From: Stegostoma tigrinum
Lineage: Eukaryota
Direction: 5' to 3'
DNA: 64,000 nt
NCBI RefSeq assembly: GCF_030684315.1
Contig: NC_081373.1
Span: 25,459,989 to 25,523,988 of the forward strand
Part shown: positions 1 through 14,371 of the stretch, piece after piece
Layout: each line of letters opens with the position of its first letter
How positions within the stretch are numbered: the stretch's first letter is position 1
Notes under the pieces: generated by a model
Seen by the model: the letters and a program-made list of their open reading frames with translations, nothing else
Told to the model about the DNA's origin: nothing
Databases searched by the model: none
Position numbers and translations under genes: made by a program

Positions 1-550
1 CACTTGGAATATTGTGTCCAGTTCTGGTCACCCTGTTATAGAAAAGATGTGGAGGCTTTGGAGAGGGTACAAAGGAGGTTTACCAGGATGCTGCCTGGAC
101 TGGAGGGCTTGTCTTACGAGGAGAGGTTGCCTGAGCTCGGACTTTTCTCTCTGGAGAGAAGGAGAAAGAGAGGTGACCAGATCGAGGTGTACAAGGTAAT
201 GAGAGGCATGGATAGAGTCGATACCCAGAGACTTTTTCCCAGGGCAGGATTGTCTGCCACGAGGGGTCATAGTTTTAAGGTGTTATGAGGAAGGTATAGA
301 GGAGACATCAGAGGGAGTTTCTTCACCCAGAGGCAAGAGAGTTGTGAGTGCATGGAATACTTTGCCAGTGGTAGTCGTGGAAGCAGTGTCATTAGTGACA
401 TTTAAGCGACTGCTGGACATGCACATGGAGAGCAGTGAATAGAGGGGAATGTAGGTTAGGTTATTTTATTTTTGGATTAGGATTATTCCACGGCACAACA
501 TCGTGGGCCAAAGGGTCTGTACTGTGCTGTACTTTTCTATTTTCTATCTA
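1..550 (+). mobile_element. CR1 LINE 3' fragment (RT C-terminus and 3' UTR)
   Basis: LEYCVQFWSP..LERVQRRFTRMLPGL peptide; short tandem tail TTCTAT. Confidence 0.9.
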
Positions 551-1112
551 ATACTGGGATCTGGCTAATTAGTTTGTTACTTTTCTTGGTAATCTTATGC
601 TTAAACTTGTTGACCAAACTTTAATATGCCATGAACTATAGATTAGTATTGCTGACAGTAAATTACACAATGAATCACATCAACTTTGGAGCACAAAAAC
701 AAGCTATGCTACTGAAATAATCTATAACCTTGTTTAATATTGCACAGGAGCCTCCACCCATTCTTCACACAACTCTACTTTGCTTAAGAAAATAACTAGT
801 TATCTGAAGGAAGAGCATTTGATTTTACTAAAACCAACACAAAACTGAAGTTAAATAAGAAAAAATGTACTAAGAAAAGCTGTATGTAGCGTCATCATTA
901 CATGCTGAGCATCAAAAATTTCAGTGATTTCTGATTAAGTTGTTTGAAGATTCTTTTGTTTTCAATTAGCTATTTAAGCCATATGATATCAAATTGTGTC
1001 CAATTTCAATTTATTTTCCAAATCCAATTTTATTGTATTAAATCAGTTCCCCAAGTTTGACAATTTGACAATTAACCACTAAAATTTGATGCAATGAAAA
1101 CATTTGGAAGAA

Positions 1113-1690
1113 AATAAGACCATAAGACATAGGAGTGGAAGTAAGGTCATTCGGCCCATTGACCCCACTCTGCCATTTAAATCATGGCTGATGGGCATTT
1201 CAACTCCACTTCCCTGCACTCTCCCATAGCCCTTGATTGCTTGTGAGATCAAGAATTTATCAATCTCTGCCTTGAAGGCATTTAACATCTCGGCCTCTAC
1301 CGTGCTCCGTGGCAATGAATTCCACAGGCCCACCGCTCTCTGGCTGAAGAAATGTCTCATTTCCGTCTTAAATTTACCCCCTCTAACTCTAAGGCTATGC
1401 CCACAGGTCCTAGTCTCCCCACCTAATGGAGACAACTTCCCAGCATCCACCCTTTCTAAACCATACGTTATCTTGTAAGTTTCTATTAGATCTCCCCTCA
1501 ACCTAAACTCCAATGAATACAATCCCAGGATCCTTAGCCGTTCATCGTACATTAAATCTACCATTCCAGGGATCATCCGTGTGAATCTCCGCTGGACACG
1601 CTCCAGCGCCAGTATGTCCTCCCTGAGGTGTGGGGCCCAAAATTGGACACAGTATTCTAAATGGGGCCTAACTAGAGCTATATAAAGTCT
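1113..1690 (-). mobile_element. CR1 LINE 3' fragment
   Basis: LVRPHLEYCVQFWAPHLREDILALERVQRRFTRMIPG peptide; TCTTATG-type tail. Confidence 0.9.
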
Positions 1691-2319
1691 CTTTAAAATC
1701 ACAATGGTATGAAGAACTTAGTCCTATCAAGCTTTCTTCCTCCTTCCCTGAGTGACACAAGCAAACTGGCATACAAGTCTTGATTTTAAACTTTGCATAC
1801 ACCCTACCCAAGAGGTGGTGGGGAGTGGTGGTGAAGAGAAATACCCAAGACATTTATCAAAGAGCAGACCAACATCCAATAGCTTTTTTTTGTAAAATGG
1901 AGCTTACAAAGTATGAATAACTTAATTTTTGTACTCTTGGATTGATTTTTGATCAACAAGGTAGTCAAGGGTTGAGGCGGGATAGGAACCACAATCAGAT
2001 CAGCTACGATCTTAATCAAATGGCAGGGCAAGTTCAAGGAGCCAAATGGCCTTATACGCTTCTTAATTCGCACGTTTTTGTGCTCAGGAACAATTGTTCA
2101 TTCCTCAATCTGTTGCAAAACATGAAAATGGAGAATTTGCTCATATGTTTTCAGAATCAAATCCAAACCCATGTGTGCAATGGAGGTTATTTGACTGACA
2201 GAAAAGAACTGTTGAGTGGAAATGGATTCATGTAGAGAATAGAAAGTCATTTAGTGGGACTGGGATATTTTTGCCAATATACAAATTTGGAGAAATGTCA
2301 TTAACCCTACAAACCTTGC

Positions 2320-3360
2320 AGCATTCGTTAAAATCATGGCTCATCAGTTTGTGTTCCAAATTTCACATTCTCATCCATCCCTGATAACCTTTAATTTTTT
2401 GTCTAACAAGGATCTATCTCCACCTTAAAAATGCTTAATTGCCCCATGTTCACCATCTCCTATGGCAGAGAGTTCCAAAGCTGCACAAACCTCAGAAAAT
2501 ATTTCTCCATATCTTGGTCCTTAAAACTCCTTAAAGGAGGACAAAACTGCATACAGTATTTGAGATATAGTCTCATCAATGCCCTATAACTGTACCAAGA
2601 CATCTTTACTTTTATTTTCAATACTTCTGGTAAAGGATAGCATTCCACTAACCTTAATCATTTGTTGTACCTGCATGCCAATTTTGAGACTCAAACACTA
2701 GAGTACGTGGATCCCTCTGCATCTCAATTCTGCAGTCATTCGCTGTTTAAATAAGTCTTTTATTCTTCCTGTCAAAGTGAAGAACTTCATTTTCTTGACT
2801 TTGCCTCAGTCGCTCAACCTTCATCCCAGTTATGTCATCTTCACAAAAGAGCTTCCTACCTATAGCTTTGTCATTTGAAAATTTAGCAACATACCCTCAA
2901 CCAAGTTGTTAATATAAATTGTAAAAGGTTGAGGGTCCACCATAGATCTGTACAGGACCTCAATCATTCTGCAAATCTGACAAAGTTCTATTTATGTATA
3001 CTGTTTTCTGCCAGCCAGCCCATCTTCTACCTGTATTCAAGGAGGGAGGGAGGGAGGCAGGAATCTGAGGGCCAGTTAGCTTGCCGATTCTAACAACTAC
3101 TCCAGAGACAATCATTAAAAAGGTGGTTATTACGGAGGACTCGGAAATATCCAAAATAATCAGGAAGAGTCAGCATGGTTTAGAGAGAAATTATTTTGAA
3201 CCAACTTACTGAAATTTATTAAAATGGTGTGATAAAGCGAAGCATGATGCATTGAACTTGAATTTCCCGAAGGCACTTGAAGATTCCACATAATATGCTT
3301 ATCGCATAAAGGGGGGGCTTAGTGTAGGGGCTACATACCAGTATAGAGGGATTATATTTG
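2320..3360. mobile_element. Degenerate CR1 fragments (minus ~2320-3030, plus ~3050-3360)
   Basis: Decayed RT motifs (YLKYCMQF; RPVSL..; SQHG). Confidence 0.6.
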
Positions 3361-4266
3361 CTACTTTCCAGTCTGATAGAATGTCTTCAAAAGATGTGAC
3401 TAATAAGTTTATTACTACTAATGAGTTGGTATCATGTTATACCAAGCACAGCTTGCTTTCTGGTCAGTTCTAGAATTGGCTCCTTGAAAGAAGTCTCTCA
3501 AAAGTACACTTTGAGCTCACCAGGGCTACCATCACCAATCTAATTTTTCCAGTTTAGATGAAAAGTTGATGAAAATCATCCATAATTATTGCCAACCCTT
3601 AATCGCAAGCACCCAGTATTTCTTCTTTTATAACTCTTCCCCTCGTGGTGGTTACGGTTCAGAGGCCCGAAACGTCAGTGTTCCTGCTCGGCCTGCTGTG
3701 TTCATCCAGCTCTACACCTTGTTAGCTCAGATTCTCCAGCATCTGCAGATCGTACTACGTCTGATACTACATCATAATTTCCTGAACCTAAGGTCACCTC
3801 TGGCTATTGCACCAAACGATCTTTGATTATAAGTGCAACTGCTCCACCCTTCTGCAGCTTCCTGCTCTTGTTGATATCAATATCCTGAACTCAATCCTGC
3901 AGTTACATCTCTGTGCCAGCTATCAGACGCTACTTAGTAATCTCAAATGAGCATTATCACTTCAGTTACTTTGCTATGAAAGTTACTAGCTGGACAAAGT
4001 CAGTAGTCTCATGACACCAGGTTACAGTCCAACAAGTTTACTCAAAATGACAAGCTTTTGAAGCGCTGCTCCTTCATCAGAAGTCTAAAGGAGCAATGCT
4101 CCAAAAGCTTGTGATTTCAAATAAACCATTCGGACAATAGCCTGGCGTTGTTTGACTTCTTATATATGTTTGAATCATTTGCAGCAGAATTCTAGTTTTG
4201 GTTTACAAACAAAAAAAAACAAGCAATGCCATTTCATTAAATTGTAATACAGTCAATTTTACAAAC

Positions 4267-4432
4267 CGTTGGAGATTGAGGTGTCCAGTCAGCTGGACAA
4301 ACCTCTCCATGTGTTTCCACAAACTGGAAGGCTTTAACCAAACGTAGAGTCTCTTCAACACTGCGACCTACAGGCAGATCATTGATGCCAATGTGCTTGA
4401 TAATGCCGTTAGTATCAATGATGAAAAGTCCT
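4267..4432 (-). CDS. PRDX3: Peroxiredoxin-3 coding exon 6 ([55 protein letters not shown])
   Basis: ttgccag|...|gtttgt; 166 nt; resolving Cys motif GEVCPA. The terminal exon was not seen within the window. Confidence 0.97.
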
Positions 4433-6929
4433 CTGGCAAAAATAGAATTTTAAGAAATGAGTAAATCAAAAAATATAATTCCGTATATGTCTGTCAGTAA
4501 TTCATACATATCTTAAATTTATGATGTGAAGAGCTGAAAGTTACATTCAAGGATCCTTAAACTGAAAAATACAATTGTAAACATGCCTGAAGTGTTTCAT
4601 AGTGAGGAAAAAGGCATTAAATATTTTAAATTGTATTTACAGCAACAGGTAAATCACATCACTGGCACATGGCAGTTTTAATTCTGATTCTGGCGCTCAA
4701 GCCTTGCTTAAAATTAATACATTAAATCTTCTTAGGTGCCATTAGTCAAAGGAGTAGATGATTCTACTGGAGAAACAGCTACCCATAACTTAGGGCCGAA
4801 GGAAAGTTGTCAATATCAAATCACAGTGATTGAGACGGAAAGTTGCAATCGTGCAATTGAAGTTATTCAAGATCATAGGGTGAGGGATGTCACTGCTTCA
4901 CAAGATGCTTTACCCTATAATTGGCAAATACAAATCCTGCCATAAGAGCAAATTTCCGTTCAGCAAGAAAGTTAAGGCATATATTAAACAAATTTATACA
5001 TGCCACATACACACAAGGTTTGTCAGTACCGAAAGGAACTGCCAAGAACAAGTATTGGTTCCTTCTTTGGTAAGCAACTTTTAACTACCAACTTTTGATG
5101 AATGTGGCAGAGGTGGCCTTGTTTTAAGTGTCAGGTACAGATGCCAGAAGAATCAGGTTCTAGAAGACCTTGACAGGAGACTCCAAGCGTGCAAATCAAA
5201 TCTTCTCTTTTAAATGCCCCATTTCAGCCAATAGTCTCCATTTGAGGAACAGAAAGAGACATTGTGTATTCTGCCACTGCAGCCTTTATTCTGTTAATTC
5301 ATAGAATGTTGGAGAAGTAAACCTTTGAATCCAATATGCCCATACCACCACACTGAAGGAGCTACGCACTCAATTGCACTTTCCCCATCTTTAACCTTAT
5401 CCCAAAATTCACTTTTAAGTACACATTTAAATCCTTTTGGAAACATTTCCATCATTCTTCCACGTAGCGGATTCCAGATCATTAAGACTCACTACACACA
5501 AAAGGTTTCATCTCTTCATGGGGTATTTTTGCCAATGATCTCATGTCTGTATCCTCAATTACCATTCCTCCTGCTACTGGAAACAGTTTTACCTACCTAC
5601 TCCGTTAAATACACATGTTCTAGAAACTGCTTTAAGCCTGCAAAAAAGCACTCCTGTCCAAATGGTTTTAGGTGTAACACATTCAAGACTTGACTGCATT
5701 CCTCCTCGTTTCTGGGTTTCAGATGCATCAGATACACTTTCCCTTTCTATTGCAAAGTCACAATCACATTTACTCCTGAAGGCCAATCGTTAGGAGAACT
5801 GATCCTCCACAACCTTTTGCCAATAGAAAATTGACTCTCTTTCTCTCACTTTTGCTATATTGTTTCACAATGTCAGTTTGTTCTGCCAACCGCAACAAAG
5901 CAGTGTCCACAATTTTTTGAATAGCTTAAAGAATTAATTACACCAGTATCAAGGGGTCCAGGTGCACATCGCTCACGATCACGAGCAGATATAACGTGTG
6001 CACTTGGTTGCTGTGCTCTCATACATAAGACATACCTATAACGTAACACTTCCACTTGTGTGTAACCCAGACAAACACTTCTGAGCAGGGATGGATTAGC
6101 ACTGTGTGGCTGACAATGGGAGAGCACTATATAGTGCAAGGTCTTTCTTTCTTTCTTTCTTTCTTACTGCACCATAGAAAGTAGTCAGAAGGCATTAATT
6201 TCAATGCACATTGTTAAAAACAAGACTGGAAATTTCACTTACTTAAATGGGGTAAAACCACAATGTGCAGAAATGATAATCACATCTTTCAAAGTCAGAT
6301 AAGAACAGAACAGGAATAAAACAGCAGGCCAGAAACAGATGCCAATTAAAATTTTAAAACATTTTCTGCAAATTCTTATTGCATTATGTAGTTAGGAAAA
6401 ATTCATATCTTCTAGCAATTTGAGACATGGAAAAAGACTGCCAATCAGCCTGAGTGAACAGCTTTCATTTCAGTCTGCAAGCAAACAACTTAAAAATTCA
6501 ACATGTTCCATTAAATTTACATGCAGTAGGTGGCTGATTAAAATCCCTCTGAAAAGAAGGCTGATAAGCTCAGTTGACTCGTGGTTGAGGATAACGGTAA
6601 CAGCACAGGCTGAATTCCTGCTCTGGTTAAGGCAGAATGGGGGCATGCTTCCTTGCTCTGCCCCTGACAATCCACCATTAACAAACCTGCCAAGGAATGT
6701 GGCCGAGGATGAGCTATCAGTCGGAAATGAACTAACAACTTGTCTTCAGACGGGCCACAAACGGAATAGAGGTGAGGAAAACAACTCCAAAAAAAACTTG
6801 CACTTCTATTTAGTGCCTTTTAAATTGTCAGAAAATCCCAAAGCCCTATACAACAAGGGCACTTTTCAATATAGAGACAGACTGTTTTCATTGCACCACA
6901 TCACTAAGCCCTCTATCTCCCTTCTGTGT

Positions 6930-8690
6930 TTTGATTCGCTGTTGTTAGAGATCTGTCCCACTGTGGTCGGGTCATCAGCAAACCTGTAGACGGTACTCGT
7001 TCGGAATTTGGCAACTAAGTTGTAGGTGTACAGGAAGTACAGTAGGAGGCTGAGGACACATCCTTGGCAGGCTCCAGAGTTGAGTGTGAGAGGAGGTGCA
7101 GTTACCTATCCTCACTGATTGCAGTCTATAGGTCAGAAAGTGGATGATCCAACAGCAGAGGGTGGAGCTGAGACCAAGGTCTCAGTTTTGAGATCAGTCT
7201 CGGGGGGATAATGGTATTGAAGGCAGAGCTGTGGTCAATGAGCAGGAGTCTGACATAGGTGTCTTTGTTGTCCAGATGTTCCACGCATGAGTGCACAGCT
7301 AAGGATCTAGCATCTTCCGTGGATCTGTTGCGTCAGTAGGCAAACTGTAGGGGATTGAGGCAGGTTGGGATACCGGAGTTGATGTAGGTCATGACCAGTC
7401 TCTCGAAGCACTTCATGATTACTAAAGGCAGAGCTACTAGGCAGTAGTCATGAACGCACATTGCATGTCTTTTTTTGGGGTAAGGGGATGATGGTGGTCT
7501 TCTTGAAGCAGGTGGCGATTTTGGCTTGTGGGAGGGAGATGTCGAAGATGTCAGTGAATACCTCTGCAAGTTGGTCTGCACAGGATCAGACTGCTCGGCC
7601 GTGGACACCGTGCAGACCCTGGCGCTTTCTGTAAGATGTAAGATTGTAAGATTCCCTACAGTGTGGAAACAGGCCCTTCGGCCCAACAAGTCCACACCGC
7701 CCCTTGGAGCATCCCACCCAGACCCCTCCCCCTATAACCCACACACCCCTGAACACTACGGGCAACTTAGCATGTCCAATCCACCTAACCTGCACATCTT
7801 TGGACCGTGGGAGGAAACCGGAGCACCCGGAGGAAACCCACACAGACACGGGGAGAATGTGCAAACTCCACACAGACAGTTACCCGAGGCTGGTATCGAA
7901 CCCGGGTCCCTGGCGCTGTGAGGCTGCAGTGCTAACCACTGAGCCACCGTGCCGCCCCGTTTCCTTGGGTTAACTCCCAGGAAGATTAATCCGACTTCTG
8001 AAGCAGTGACAGAGGGTACAGGTGTGACTGGAGCCTCTAGGGCAGACATTACCACGCCAGTGGTATTCTGCTCAAACCGAGCGGAGAAAGCACTGACTGA
8101 GACAGGGAGGGATGAGTCATTGTCCACTATCTTACACTGTTTCATTTTGTATCCCGTAATGTTGTTTAGGCCTTGCCATAGACAGTGGGAGTCTGTTTGG
8201 TCAGTCTGGGCCTTTAACTTGGTCCAGTACTGCCTTGTGGCGTCCCTGGTGGCTCTGCAGACGTCATATCTGGATTTTCTGTATTAGTCCTGCTCATCTG
8301 AAGACCAGGCATGCAGCATTCAAATCAGTAGGAAGTGGATTTCCTGGCTCATCCAAGGTTTTCGGTTGGGGAATGCTCAGATTGATTTCTTTAGTACACA
8401 GTCCTGCATGCATTTGCTGACCAAGTCCATGACAGTGGTGGTATACTTATCCAGGTTTTCCACTTAACACATCCAGACAAGAGTCCAAGCAGTCCTGGAG
8501 ACAGTCCTCTGTTGCCCCGGAACAGTACTGAACTTTGTTTCGTCAAGGGTTCTACCATTTCAGCTTCTGCTTGTAAGCTGGGAGGAGGAACACGGTGCTG
8601 TGGTCAGATTTTTGGAAGTGCGGGCAAGGGATTGAGGTAAGCACCTTTGATGGTTGTGTGGCAGTGGTCCAGAATGTTCAGGCCTAATGC
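6930..8690 (-). mobile_element. Rex1/Babar-type LINE RT fragment interrupted by a SINE
   Basis: DYCLVALPLVIMKCFERLVM..CLNPLQFAY peptide typical of Rex1/Babar RT; frameshifted. Confidence 0.75.
7631..7957 (-). mobile_element. tRNA-derived HE1/V-SINE-like SINE
   Basis: Head GGCGGCACGGTGGCTCAGTGGTTAGCAC..GGTTCGAT (A/B boxes), V-domain core GTGTGGAGTTTGCACATTCTCCCCGTG, CR1-like tail with short repeats. Confidence 0.9.
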
Positions 8691-10067
8691 AACAAGACAC
8701 GTCATAGTTGTGCAAGAAAGCAGAATTGAAAATTTTGCTAATCTTTGGAACAGATTCGCTGAATGCAAACTAGACTGATGCAAAAAAATTTCAATGTAAG
8801 CAATCCCAGTGTACTGCTTAAGTTTCTAAATAACAACAGATTGGCCTGAATGTCGAGGACAGCATTCATCATCATTACTCTATGGTACGCATTGCAACAT
8901 CCACACATGCAGAGACAATTTGGAAATCCAGAGTTGCTCAATGATTCATTGCTCGTTTAAAGGTTGAGTTTATTGATAATGCAAAACAGCTAGAAAATCA
9001 ACGAATTAATGTAACCTTCTACTTTGTGTTATTACTCTTTTGTGAAATCCCTAAAACTCCCTTGTGAAGTTAAGTATGAATGAGTTTTTTTTTAAAAAAA
9101 CAGCATATTAATCCATAGCTTGCACAGATCAAGACCTCTGGCTTGAAAAATCTAACATTATAACCGTTGACCGTTCCATTTCTCAAGTCACGATATCACA
9201 GGTTTTATTTTTCTGTAACAAAATACGTCAGTCTTTAATTGCAAGTCTACGTCCTGATGTTTATTTTGTATTCAGCATGGTTATATAAAGTGATTTTAAA
9301 ATGTATTCATGGGACGTGAGCATTTTTGGCGAAGACGACATTTATTGCCCATTCCAATTTGCTCTTGAGAAGATAGTGGTGAGCTGCCTGTTTGAACCAC
9401 TTCCTGGAAGAACACCTACAACGCTGTTGGGAAGGGAGAGTGATAAAAGCTGCCTGTTACTTGCTGGTTTATCATGTGAAATTTTTTCACTATGACTGCC
9501 TGCTTAGCCTGCCTAATGGTCTTGCTATTCCTGGAGTCTAGTTTCTTCCTACATCTAGCATTAAATTAGCTTCAAGAAAAGCTAAGTTCATGACACCCAG
9601 CACATTAGATATTTGTGGGCAGCTCAAGGTCAATGATAACACATAGTGACTTCACTAGTGAGTGCTAGACCTGGGTCAAACTAAATACATTTTATGGTCA
9701 ATATCTAAACATATCTGTTCGCTTGAAAAGACAATCGGAAGGCAGACTTTCTGATCCATCTGCAAGCAACTAGTTCCAATACCATGATGTTGCTGTGTTC
9801 ATCCAGCTCGACACTTTGTTTTCTCGGATTCTCCAGCATCTGCAGTTCCTACTATCTTTGAAACAGTTCAAATACTACCACACATTAAAAACTGAAATCT
9901 AGTGTCCTTGATGATACATATTAAAATGCTTTATAAAGTGTCCTCAATCTCACCCTGTACCTCATTAATATACTCTACTAATTAATTCCACTACCACCGA
10001 AAAGGTCAAGACTGAAGTTAGACTACTACTTCAATTCTGCTTAACTGCAACAACAAAAACCTCTTAC

Positions 10068-10171
10068 CTCAGTGCAATACCAGCATTTTCCAATAATATT
10101 CCATAATCCCGAGAGATCTGCTTTGTTATATCAGACAATAGTGGTATATTCATATGCCCTAGACCTCCGCT
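10068..10171 (-). CDS. PRDX3: Peroxiredoxin-3 coding exon 5 ([35 protein letters not shown])
   Basis: acccag|...|gtaaga; 104 nt; GGLG motif. Confidence 0.96.
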
Positions 10172-10593
10172 CTGGGTTAAGAGAAAAAAAAAGTTACAAA
10201 CAAACTTGTTAAAGGAAAATTGACTTCAGAATGCTAAAAAGTTATTTATCAAAAAGCTTTATACCAAGTACAATTAATTGAAAATTCCTGATTACTATGC
10301 CAGACTGTCTAAACTTGGTTATTCATGAATAAAGTTATATTCTACTTTCAGACACCATCTAAAACATTTTGTTTTTGTCATCATTAGTGCTCGATAAGAC
10401 AAGACATTCTTGTCTTTCCAAACAAATTCGATATTCTGAAAGATTGAAACAGAATTGTTTAGCAATTATCTTATTCAAACGCTAACTTTATAGGACTACA
10501 GCAACTGAAACTCATCTGAAAACTAACTTTTTCTAGAAGACAAATAAACAACAGAAGGTCCAGGTGTATAAATCTTCATGCTTACTTCTGTAC

Positions 10594-10729
10594 CTTTCTC
10601 GGAGTATTGATCCAGGCAAGATGAGAGAAATGAGAGTCTACAGAAACACCGATTACTTCACAGTTCACATCATGGAACTCGTTTGCTTTGTTACTAAATG
10701 CAACGATCTCAGTTGGACAAACAAATGTG
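10594..10729 (-). CDS. PRDX3: Peroxiredoxin-3 coding exon 4 ([45 protein letters not shown])
   Basis: tttgcag|...|gtacag; 136 nt; peroxidatic Cys motif FVCPTE. Confidence 0.97.
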
Positions 10730-11019
10730 CTGCAAAAACAATTTTTTTTTAAAAGAAGTTTAAATGCAGACTTTTTAAAATCAAGTAATAATAATACTAC
10801 TACTAATAATAATACTAATCAGAACCTAGTTAAAAGAAAATCCATCATGTCTTACATTCTGGCAAATATTTAATAGGTTAAACACAAATACATTTGTTTT
10901 ACATGTACAATTGTGTTTTTAAAAATGGCTCATAAATTGCAACTTCAAGTCTGGAATATGTGTCCACATTTCTATCTGCATAAAATATAGTACTGGGAGA
11001 GAAGGAAATAAGCAATAGA

Positions 11020-11830
11020 CAAAGTTATGACAAATAGATTTCACTGTAAATGAATGTGCGTTCAACCACTTTGGGCCTAAAAGGTATTGTCAAAATAAAT
11101 GACCAGTCTGAAACAAGAGCGATCCAAAAGAGATAGTAGGACATGCAGATACTGGAGAATCTCTGAGCTAACAAGGTGTAGAGCTGGATGAAAATCTGAA
11201 GAAGGGTCTAGGCCTGAAACGTCAGCTTTCCTGCTCCTCTGATGCTGTTTGGCCTGCTGTGTTCATCCAGCTCTACACCTTGTTATCTCAGGGATCCAAA
11301 GAGATTTGGATCTCCATGCAGATAACTTAAAATTTTGTAGAAGTCGGAAGTAATCAAAAAAATTAGTATAAAGCTAGCACTTTTCAAAAAAATCCAGAGG
11401 ACTAGATGTTTCAGTATACCAAAGCATAGTTCTAGTTGGCCCATATCAGAAATATGAAAACAAGTCTGGGCATCGCACCGAAGGAAAAATATAGAGGCCC
11501 TGGAAGGAGTATAGGTTAAATTAACCAGATGATACCTTGAGTCCAATAGTTGACTCACAGGAGAGATTACAACTAAGATTGTATTCCTTAGATTCTAGAT
11601 TAGAGATGTTCTGAACAAAAAAGTTTTCAAAATATTAAGGGAACAGATTGAGTTCATTAGGAGGCATTAGTTTAAAAGTTAGCGCATACAAAGCATGATA
11701 GAAATTTAGACTTTTCTACTGGCAATTGATGCTTGATCATTTGTTGATGGATATGGGTCAAAAGCAGAAAAATGCAATTAGGACACAAAGCAGCCATAAT
11801 CCCATCGAAGGTTACAAAAGATTATGGGCA
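11020..11830 (+). mobile_element. Degenerate CR1 fragment containing a Penelope-type foldback insertion (11131-11291)
   Basis: Decayed CR1 3' motifs. Insert has inverted arms, a CTGAAGAAGGGTCTAGGCCTGAAACGTC core and an approximate flanking duplication GATCCAAA(A)GAGAT. Confidence 0.6.
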
Positions 11831-13101
11831 TCATGAGAAAAGAAAGACATTTTGTAGGAAAATAGAAACTGATAACGAGAGAATGAAAAGTACCCTGACA
11901 TCTCAACAACTGCCCAATTGAACTTTAGGAACTACATAACCTATGTTCAAAGCATTATGATGTTCAATTTAATGTTCAGTCATTCCTTTGCATTTATTAC
12001 CCTTAAAATGTTTGGCATATTTAGTACAAAAATTTAATTTATAACATTTAGAAAAAAAAAGTGTCCCAATATTAACAGAAGCGCTTATTTTAACATTTTG
12101 ACAAAAATGCTATTAAAATCTTAAATTCAATGGCTGTTGAAAATGAGCTATTTAATAAACTGGATTAGACGATCTAAAAGCTTTTTAGAAAACATACATG
12201 TACAATCCTTAGCAGGTTCATCTTCAAAAGAATCAGAAGTGTTTGATGTAAGCTAGCCTTCATGATTGCTCAAGCTTGAATAATAATTGCGAAAAAAGCC
12301 CAAAGATCAGAAAGCGATGTAACATTTACAACATCATTAAGAATGGCCTGCTATAGATATCTGATTTTTTTTATCTAGCATTTATAGTACCCTTCCTGAA
12401 TACCTTAAACAGTGGTTAAATACATTTAGCTTTGCATAAAGAACATAAAAATCTTCTGTGCTACACCACAAAAAGTATGGCTGGTGTGCACACCAGAAAT
12501 TACAACAGCTATTCTATCCCTTTAAAAAAAAAGATGATTCAAGCCCAGAAATTAAAAGCAGAAAAGTAGCCATGATTATTGTTCATTTGGTGAGGTTAGG
12601 GTTACAGCTTGTGTATAGAATGAGGATTCAGAATGAGATAAAACAACGTTAGGGGTCAGAGCAAACAAAAACAAAAGTAAAAGCTGATAAAGAAAGTAAC
12701 AGCAATAACAAAAAAGTACACACAAGCTAAAATCACAGCTGAAACGAACCCACACCCAAAGAATAGAGTGGGTTATCAAGATACGGGAGCACAACAGTAT
12801 TTCTCTGAAAGATGTACTCCACCCATCTTTCACCTCATATTTTTAGAACTGATAATACAACAAGACGTGTGGGCCACCTCCTACTTAACTCTGACCAAAA
12901 CAGAGTATTTCCATGCTGATTCTTTTTGAAACTTCCCTCAGAAAATACTTGAAACAAAATACTGTTTGCATGTATTAGAACTGCGCTTGAAACAGGTGTC
13001 AAGAGAGGAATTTAAAAGTACATAATCAGAGAAATATGGCCAAAAAAATTATTCATCTTAAAAAATATTCTAAGCAAATTTTAGATATCAATGTTACTTA
13101 C

Positions 13102-13243
13102 AAATCCAAAGGATAGAAGAAAATGACAAGATATTTTCCTTTGTAGTCATCCAAATTGATCTCTTTGAACTCACCATTGACCACAGCAGTGCCCTTGAAA
13201 AATGGAGCAGGTTGGGTGACAGCAGGAGTAAAGTTTGAATAAG
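13102..13243 (-). CDS. PRDX3: Peroxiredoxin-3 coding exon 3 ([47 protein letters not shown])
   Basis: ttttcag|...|gtaagt; 142 nt; typical 2-Cys Prx N-terminal motif FFYPLDF. Confidence 0.96.
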
Positions 13244-13849
13244 CTGAAAAGGTACAAAAGCCAATTATCCAGAGGCTACACTCTTTCTACTAACCTCACA
13301 ACTACACACAAAGAACATTTGTATGAAAATTCATATTCCCAGTCCGCCTGCACAGTGCATAGTTTTAAAATAGTTACACAGAAACATTAAATTTGCATTC
13401 TCTGGAATTGTATATAACTATGATCAGCACTATTAACCAAAGATAGACGGCATACAGTTATTAAGTTCAAAAGTGAACACTACTTATAACAAGAGATACA
13501 GACAACACACAGAAGGGTAAGCACAACGGTACCCAAACTCTGACTCACAAATCTGTGTTTATTAGAGAGGTACAGACTTAGAGGAGATTGTAGAATGACA
13601 AAGTTGATAGATTTTGACCAATTGAATAGGCAATTTGAAATTAATTGAGGTGATATCTTTTAGAGTATCTGTATTTGCAAGGGCAAAAAAGAGAGATTAC
13701 ATGGTAAAGGAATGCCAATTCAAAGCGTAAAAAGTTCACCGTGGAGTGGCTGATGACAGAAATCTTGAGTTACTATTGTCTCCAACAGCTTGTCAGATTG
13801 CCTTACACAGTCAGCGACTTACCTGAGGACTAAACTGAAGGAAGAAATC

Positions 13850-14075
13850 TTCTGAAGAAGGGTCTAGGCTCGAAACACCCGCTTTCCTGCTTGGTTCATC
13901 CAATTCTACACTTGTTATCTCAGATTCTCCAGCATCTGCAGTTCCTGCTATCTCTTGACTAAACTGAAAGTTCTGAGGAAAGGTCACTGGACCCAAAAAC
14001 ATAGACTGTTTTTTTCTCCTTCACAGATGCTACCAGACCTGCTGGGCTTATCCAGCAATTTTGTTTTTGTTACTA
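13850..14075 (+). mobile_element. Two adjacent short Penelope-type terminal fragments (families A and C) with decayed hammerhead cores
   Basis: CTGAAGAAGGGTCTAGGCTCGAAAC.. and CTGAGGAAAGGTCACTGGACCCAAAAAC.., each followed by family-typical 3' sequence. Confidence 0.6.
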
Positions 14076-14371
14076 ACCTTCTAGCATTTTGTGATAAAAT
14101 TGTCCAGTTTTATTCCTCATCTAGAGGACTAATACAGATTTGTATCATGACAGTGTCAGTTGCTGCATCAAACAATTTGAAATTCTTACTTGAAATATCT
14201 GAGCAAGATGTTTTCTTAATGTTATTTTAGAACAGTGCCAAAAAGAAGTGCTCCTCAAAACATGTTTTAGGCAATGTTAAATTTAACAGGCAAGTTATTA
14301 CTAGTGGCAGGTTTAGCTATAAAAATCAGTCAGCTTCTAACGCCGCACTGTCGGGCGAAAGGCTCTATCTG

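Noticed and set aside
1079-1702. 207-aa ORF as a host gene
   Set aside because: It is the C-terminal fragment of CR1 ORF2.
541-4260. PRDX3 terminal exon (expected IKP..SKEYF-like peptide)
   Set aside because: No matching minus-strand sequence with an acceptor was found by eye; it probably lies beyond the left edge.
6420-6989. 189-aa plus-strand ORF antisense to a PRDX3 intron
   Set aside because: Non-ATG start, runs into repeat remnants, no homology motif.
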